Below, one piece after another: positions 50,233-64,000 of a DNA stretch of 64,000 nt (positions within the stretch are counted from its first letter, which is position 1; each line of letters starts with the position of its first letter). The stretch comes from Podarcis pityusensis (Eukaryota): assembly GCA_964106645.2 (NCBI GenBank), contig OZ067038.1. One strand, given 5' to 3'. Made by a program: the position numbers and the translations under genes. Under the pieces are notes generated by a model, which searched no databases, was not told the DNA's origin, and saw only the letters and a program-made list of their open reading frames with translations.

Positions 50233-51441
50233 TCAGGAAGGTTCATCGGATATGCAAAACATGGGCTTTAACCTGACAGACCTTTTCCTAATAGTGCCCC
50301 GAGGTGACAAGGAGATGCTGTCCAGGATGCTCTGGTTTTCCTCCAGTTGCCTGGCAGTGCAGCTTGGGGTGGGCACCTTCACAGTGTTGCCAAACTTGGA
50401 GTAGTCTACCGAGTACTGCCCATCCTCTTCGGTCACGATGGGCACAAACCTTTGTCCCCAGAGGATCTCGTCGGCCAAGTAGGACGTCCTGGCTTGAGTG
50501 GTGATGCCGGTGGTTTCCACCACCCCTTCTAGGATGACGATGACTTCCAGATCCTCGTGGTGGTGGAGGTTGTCGGGGGCCACGTCGTACAGAGGGCTGT
50601 TCCTGTCGATCACGTGGCAGATGATGAGCGGGGAGACCAGGAAGATGCTGTTGCCCCCTACCGGGTTCTCCATCTGGATGTCGATCTGGTGGAGGGGCAC
50701 CACCTCCCCCTCGGGGCTGGCCGTCTTCCGCACCACCTGCATGCGGATGGTGGCGCTGATGATCATGCTCTTGCGCAGATCGCCCACGCGCAGCATGAAG
50801 CAGAGCTTGCCCTGGCGGAGCGCGATCACGGCGTGCTTGCTGAAGATGAGCGTCTCGGCGCGCCGGTGCGCCTGGGCCGTCTTCATGAAGATGCAGCCCA
50901 GCATGATGGCGTTGATCACCAGGCCCACGATGTTCTGCACGATGAGGATGAGGATGGCGGCGGGGCACTCCTCGGTCATCATGCGCCCGCCGAAGCCGAT
51001 GGTCACCTGCACCTCGATGGAGAAGAGGAAGGCCGAGGTGAAGGAGCGGATGTCGGTCACGCAGGGCACGAAGTCCTCCGCGCCCCCGTCGCCGCCGCCG
51101 CCGCCCGGCTGCAGGTGGAGCTGGCGGGTGCTCTGGTCGAGGTCCCCGTGCGCGAAGGCGATGAGCCACCAGACCATGGCGAAGAGCAGCCAGCTGCACA
51201 GGAAGGACATGGTGAAGATGAGGAGCGTGTGGGGCCACTTGAGGTCCACCAGCGTGGTGAAGACGTCCTGCAGGAAGCGGCCCTGCTCGCGGATGTTCTT
51301 GTGGGCCACATTGCACGCGCCGTTCTTGCCCACGAAGCGGGCCCTCCTCTCCCGCGCGCGGTAGCGGGACGGATCCGGGACATCCTCGGCCAGCCGGGTC
51401 AGCACATACTCCTCCGGGATGATGCCCTTCCTGGACAGCAT
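50233..51441 (-). CDS. KCNJ11: ATP-sensitive inward rectifier K+ channel Kir6.2, single coding exon, 402 aa
   Basis: [20 protein letters not shown] start in a strong Kozak context (gcccgccATG), TIGFG selectivity filter, [26 protein letters not shown]-terminal RKR ER-retention motif; lies immediately downstream of ABCC8. Confidence 0.98.
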   Translation of the reverse strand: MLSRKGIIPEEYVLTRLAEDVPDPSRYRARERRARFVGKNGACNVAHKNIREQGRFLQDVFTTLVDLKWPHTLLIFTMSFLCSWLLFAMVWWLIAFAHGDLDQSTRQLHLQPGGGGGDGGAEDFVPCVTDIRSFTSAFLFSIEVQVTIGFGGRMMTEECPAAILILIVQNIVGLVINAIMLGCIFMKTAQAHRRAETLIFSKHAVIALRQGKLCFMLRVGDLRKSMIISATIRMQVVRKTASPEGEVVPLHQIDIQMENPVGGNSIFLVSPLIICHVIDRNSPLYDVAPDNLHHHEDLEVIVILEGVVETTGITTQARTSYLADEILWGQRFVPIVTEEDGQYSVDYSKFGNTVKVPTPSCTARQLEENQSILDSISLSPRGTIRKRSVRLKPMFCISDEPS

Positions 51442-51950
51442 GGCGGGCCTGCGCTCTCCTCCTACAGCCCCCGGTCCGTGGCTGCGGCGGCGGGGACGCT
51501 GTCGGAGGGAGCCATCGCTGCTGCTGCTGCCGCTGTGCCTCCTTCGCCGCCCCTCCGCCTGCCCTGGCCGACTCCCCTTCCCCGCCCGCCTCGGCAAGCC
51601 CGACGCGCTCCCCCAGCTGCGCACGCCAATCACAGCCCTCGCCGCCTTTCCGCGGCTCGCTCTCGCAGCCAACCAGCCCGCCGCAAGCCGGGATCGCCTG
51701 CCTGCCTGCCTGCCTTGAGCTGCCTTCTGGAGAAGCCGGCGGCAGCGGAGGAGGCGCGCTCAGAGGCAAATCCGCTGGCGGCGGCGCCTGGGTCCTGATT
51801 CTCCGGAACGCTCGCCAGGCCACGCTGTCGCGCAAGGGAGCCCCATTATGGTGGGAGGGCCGCGCAGTCACAACAACGGCCCGAAGGAGCAGGGCGCGCA
51901 AAAAGGGAGAATAGGGTCACGGGGTTGCACGGGACCTTGGCGCTTATCTA
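51442..51950 (-). promoter_or_regulatory. KCNJ11 CpG-island promoter/5' UTR with GC boxes and a CCAAT box (51626-51630 on +)
   Basis: Very GC/CpG-rich sequence upstream of the ATG; CCGCCC motifs near 51547 and 51582. Confidence 0.65.
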
Positions 51951-52505
51951 GGCAAGGCCCTGGCACAGCAACCGACTGCTTTGCAAGAGAAAGGTCCCAC
52001 ATCCGGTCCCTGGCCTCTCCAGGTGTGGCCGGGGAGTCTTCTGCCTGTAACCCTTAAGAGCTGCTGCCAACCAGTGTAGACATTACTGAGATAGTTAGGC
52101 CGTTGGTTTGACGTGGTACAAGGCAGTTTCTTATGTTCCTATATGGACCAGGCCCTTCCTTGGTGCAGAAGCAGTGAATCTTTGAAGACCACTGTCTTCC
52201 TCCCCTTAACCGTCTCTTTTCCAGGCGAAACATGCCCATCCTCCTAGCTGCCATGATGGACGACAGGGAGGAGGGATCAAATGTTCCTATGCAAAGAGCC
52301 CTAGAACTCTTGCTCAGTGCACCTTCTCAGATAAGCTGCCTCTTTTATTTATCAAGCACCAACCACTCACTGCAGTGCAGAACAGAGAGGAAGTCTGGAA
52401 CAATTTCTCTCTAATGTAACAATATTTAGGGCTTTTTATTTTGAGAAATGGTGAGTAAGTGGTATATGAGATTAGACATGGCGTGGATAGAGTTGTTCCC
52501 TAATA

Positions 52506-52717
52506 CAGTGGTAGCTCTGGTTACAAACTTAATGTGTTCAGGAGCTCCGTTCTTAATCTGAAACCGTTCTTAACCTGAGATGCACTTTCGCTAAAGGGGC
52601 CGCACCGCTGCTGCACTATTTCTGTTCTCATCCTGGGGCAAAGTTCTCAACCCGAGGTACTACTTCCGGGTTAGTGGAGTCTGTAACCCGAAGTGTTTGT
52701 AACCCGAGGTACCACTG
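52506..52717. mobile_element. Tigger-like MITE, family A (diverged)
   Basis: TA-CAGTGGTA...CCCGAGGTACCACTG-TA. Confidence 0.85.
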
Positions 52718-53290
52718 TACTCAGGGCAGTCCAAAGAAGCTGAATGTTGGAAGAGCCAGGAGACAAGATAAAAAGTCTTCACATAGCAAGCACATAGTTA
52801 AATTACAGGCTTCACTCCCACTAGGTGTAGTGACAGCCACCAACTTGGATGGCTTAAAAGAGGATTAGACAAGGTCAGCAAGAGTGAGGCCATCAATTCA
52901 GCTGTGCAGCTGATCACTTCAGAGGTGACCTCAGCCCTGCTTTCTTCAGGGATCAACCACACAGTTGAGTTCTTCATAGGGAACTCAGTCATGTAGCAAA
53001 TCCAGCTGTGTCACCTGTCCCACAACTGATGTCACATATAATTTCAGGTGTGTGGGGCAGGTGCATGTGGTGTTGGGGCAAATTTGGGCTGTGGGCTGGA
53101 GGCTCCTCACCCGTGACCTGTACAGTGGAGGAGTGCCTACCCCTTTCTAGTGTATCACCCGGAGGAAGAATGCACACAGATTAATGTGGAAAGGGAGGTG
53201 GTGGCATATTTGCTCACTTGTTGGTGCTCTCTTATTCCATTTGGTCTCAGAAGCAGTGGGAATGAACTTCATTAAAATGAACATGAGAGG

Positions 53291-53293
<3 letters not shown>

Positions 53294-53321
<28 letters not shown>

Positions 53322-53338
53322 CTGCCTGCCTGCCTGCC
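53294..53338. repeat. (GT)n followed by (CTGC)n
   Basis: Direct reading. Confidence 0.95.
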
Positions 53339-55440
53339 TTTATGCACCAGTCTCTTTATGTGCAAATGCTAGTTTCCTTGTTTAACAAATGTTACAGTTC
53401 CCATTATCACTGGTAATTGGTTTGCCCAAGCTCTCCACAACCGTTTCCTGAACAGAAGATCTGGGTAAAGTTCAAGAGCTTTCTCTGGCTACTTGATTAT
53501 TTTTAGTGTCCTTGGGACTGCTGAGATGTTTAAGTGTTCAGGCACTTCTTTTCATCTTTCACTGAGGGGATATTTTAAGATTATATACCAAGCACACAGA
53601 TATGCTCCAAGTAAGGTAAAAACAGTTAACATTAGACATATCCATTGAAGCACTTTGTAGGGCATTAAAAAGCACCCCCCCAAAGGGAGATAGAAAATAG
53701 TATTTAATTGCATATGGGGCTGCCTTTGTAAATTTGTGCAGTTCTCTGTTATCTGTGGTAATTTAGAATTTATTAGAATTAACACCACTAACTGTGCAGG
53801 TACATAAGTAACTCAGCCTTATTTTGCTATAGAATACATATTTTTGAGAGTGCATCAGACCTACTTTCAACAGCTTACATTGCAAAGGTATATTATACCA
53901 TTTCTTTTAAATGTTATAATATAGTAAACTGTGATTTAGCACTGAAGCAACAGACTTTCATTGTTGTATCTCCTAGACGAATTTATATTATTGGAGATTG
54001 TTTGGTTCTTGCACAATATTAATAGTCTGCAATATATATAATCTAGCAGGGTATACATATTGGGTTTTGCCTTCAGCTAAGTTTTACTCAGGTCCAGTAA
54101 TTTCATTGGGTTTACTGTGAGCCATAAATGTTGAATGCTACTCAATTGTTTATTTAGTCATTAACACATCATTAACTTATTTAAGTTATATAAGTGCTTA
54201 GATCTTGAGGAAATTAATTGTGGTCATAATCTTCTGGGACAGTATTTTCAAAATATTACATAGGTTGTTCAGTATGAACTAATTGGAGGGTGAGGTTAGG
54301 ATGAAGGTAACTCTTCCTAAGAATTTGCTTTGTAATGCTTCATTGTGTCAGTTTCAAACAGGGTTTTGTTTTGTTTTTTGCTTTGATCAGCACAAGAGCA
54401 TAAATCTTAGCTTTGCGGAGGATCAGCATGGTTGATTCAGATATTGGAGCAGATGGGCACACACTGCAGGGGAAGCTATCATCCCAGTGTCCTGTGGTTC
54501 TTGCTCAGAGAGGGTGCCATTTATGTTACTTTTATTGCTTCTTTCAGCCTCTCTGCACAGCTGATTTTCAGTGCCTGTGTATGAAATACTAATTTATTGT
54601 GTAGTGTCCCACATGATTTTCCTCAAGGTTGTGTTTATGTTACAGAGATAGTTCAGATCCCCAACGCTGGTTATAATATATTTTGTACCTGGGAAATTGT
54701 TAATACTTCCCCTCCACCCCTGAACAGTGCTACACCCATTGATTGATGGATTAATTGAAACACTTTTCAGTGTGACATTGAACATGTAGTTGGAAAACAT
54801 GCTCATCCATGCCATCCCGACTCCTGATCTGCATGTGGTCAATGAAACAGGTGCATAAATCATATGAGTGTACAAGACAGGGTTCCTAGGAGCTGTCTCC
54901 TATGATTGTGAGGCTGCTTTCATTTTTATACTGTTTTCCATTGTCCACTTAACTTGTGTTGCATATCTGTATGACAGGGTCACATAAGGACATGTTGTTG
55001 ATAATAGTTATGAAATCTCCCTTTTGAATTACCTGCTCCTGATTAGGGATAAGAAAATGATGGTTGGATATAGTATTCTTTGAAATGATAACTTTCAGGT
55101 AAGGGATGGGTGTGTTCCTTTATTTAAAAGCCTCATTGTTTAAACTTAATTTTGTACCTTAGTGGTTCTTGTAATAGTTTGATCCACTGTGACACAGCTT
55201 TGGTATAAATCAGGTTAAATAAACAAAAACAAGCAATAATCACTAAAAAAATGATTGTTTGAAGAAATTCTTAGAGCAGGACAATGTATTCATACTTAAG
55301 AGGTAAACCATTTTTGGTCCGTCCCCCCCAATGAAGAGACTCAGCTCTATATTATTAAATTGTTTTTTATTTACAGGTAATTTACTGAATTATAAAATGG
55401 ATAATAAAATTGCACTTGCAAATATTTAATTTATTTATAT

Positions 55441-63140
<7,700 letters not shown>

Positions 63141-63227
63141 CTAAAAAAAAAAAAAGTAATAGAAATCATCATAGCACACAAGGAGATAGCAACATTTTAA
63201 CTATTTCTGAAACTTCAGAATCAAATA

Positions 63228-63441
63228 CAGTGGTCCCTCGGGTTAAGTACTTAATTCGTTTCGGAGGTCCGTTCTTAACCTGCAACTGTTCTTAACTTTA
63301 GCTAATGGGGTCTCCTGCTGCTGCTGCACTGCCAGAGCACGATTTCTGTTCTCATCCTGAAGCATAGTTCTTAACCTGAAGCACTATTTCTGGGTTAGCG
63401 GAGTCTGTAACCTGAAGCGTATGTAACCTGAGGTACCACTG
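63228..63441. mobile_element. Tigger-like MITE, family A
   Basis: TA-CAGTGGTCCCTCGGGTTA...GAGGTACCACTG-TA. Confidence 0.88.
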
Positions 63442-64000
63442 TACTAGGCTTTTGGATTTACTGAGGCTGGTCAGGTTCTAACATTTGACCAGGCCAAGTA
63501 TTGAGGCAATTATAGAGAATAATCTTGAGGTGAGTACTGTATAATACTTTGACCCTGTGGAGTAATTGGATAAATTTGCATGAATGGAGTGTCCATACTG
63601 ATGGGGTGAGGATGGATTTGTGTGAATGGTATGCGGATGAGTGTGCGGGGGGTTGCACTTTGATCCCACCCACTTTTGACTGTGGCCCCACCCCCTTTTG
63701 GATTTGGTGCTTCCCACTACTGGCATGCAGTACCTGGAAAGATACCCATGAGAGATTGTGGCCATTGGGTTGAAAAAGACTCCCAGCTTTGCATTACAGA
63801 GACCATTTGCAATGGTATTAACTAAAGCCAAATTTGGATTGTCAGATTTTCTTCTTATAATGGTCTTGATCCATTTAACTGATGTGCAACAAGCAGAAGT
63901 TAAGACTCCTCTGACAAGCAGGATAATAATAAAGCTTTGCCTATTGAGCTTTAGCAACTGAGAATTTGGTTGTTATGCAACTGTTAAAGACACAGGAGCC

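Noticed and set aside
51442-51672. 77-codon in-frame N-terminal extension of Kir6.2 in the ORF track
   Set aside because: Starts at a non-ATG codon in GC-rich stop-poor DNA; the conserved MLSRKG ATG has a strong Kozak context.
50288-51901. Long overlapping ORFs (537, 413 and 288 aa) on both strands of KCNJ11
   Set aside because: Expected shadows of extreme GC3 codon bias in a CpG-island gene; low-complexity Arg/Gly/Pro translations with no recognisable domain.
63478-63957. 159-aa minus-strand ORF as an ABCC8 exon
   Set aside because: Translation does not resemble SUR1 and has no fitting splice signals; intronic.

Overview
Vertebrate genomic DNA, almost certainly from a squamate reptile and probably a lacertid-type lizard (inferred from Sauria SINEs, Bov-B, CR1 and Penelope remnants). 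It contains the conserved syntenic block NUCB2 (+, last 9 coding exons) - NCR3LG1/B7-H6-like (+, complete) - KCNJ11/Kir6.2 (-, single coding exon) - ABCC8/SUR1 (-, last 9 coding exons). The main finding is the B7-H6-like gene. After signal peptide, IgV, IgC1 and a transmembrane exon, it continues in frame through canonical GT-AG phase-1 exons encoding five more Ig C1-like domains (predicted 861 aa). Four of these five lack one or both canonical disulfide cysteines, N-glycosylation sequons are nearly absent, and the tail has dileucine and ITIM-like motifs. This suggests a type I receptor/ligand with a cytoplasmic Ig-domain array. Intron 1 of this gene holds a recent Penelope-type insertion forming a perfect 92-bp-arm palindrome with a minimal hammerhead ribozyme motif on each strand. 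Downstream is a TSD-flanked, ~2.1-kb non-autonomous L1-derived element nested in a probable solo LTR. Exon boundaries were read by eye from splice signals and reading-frame continuity. No database searches were run.
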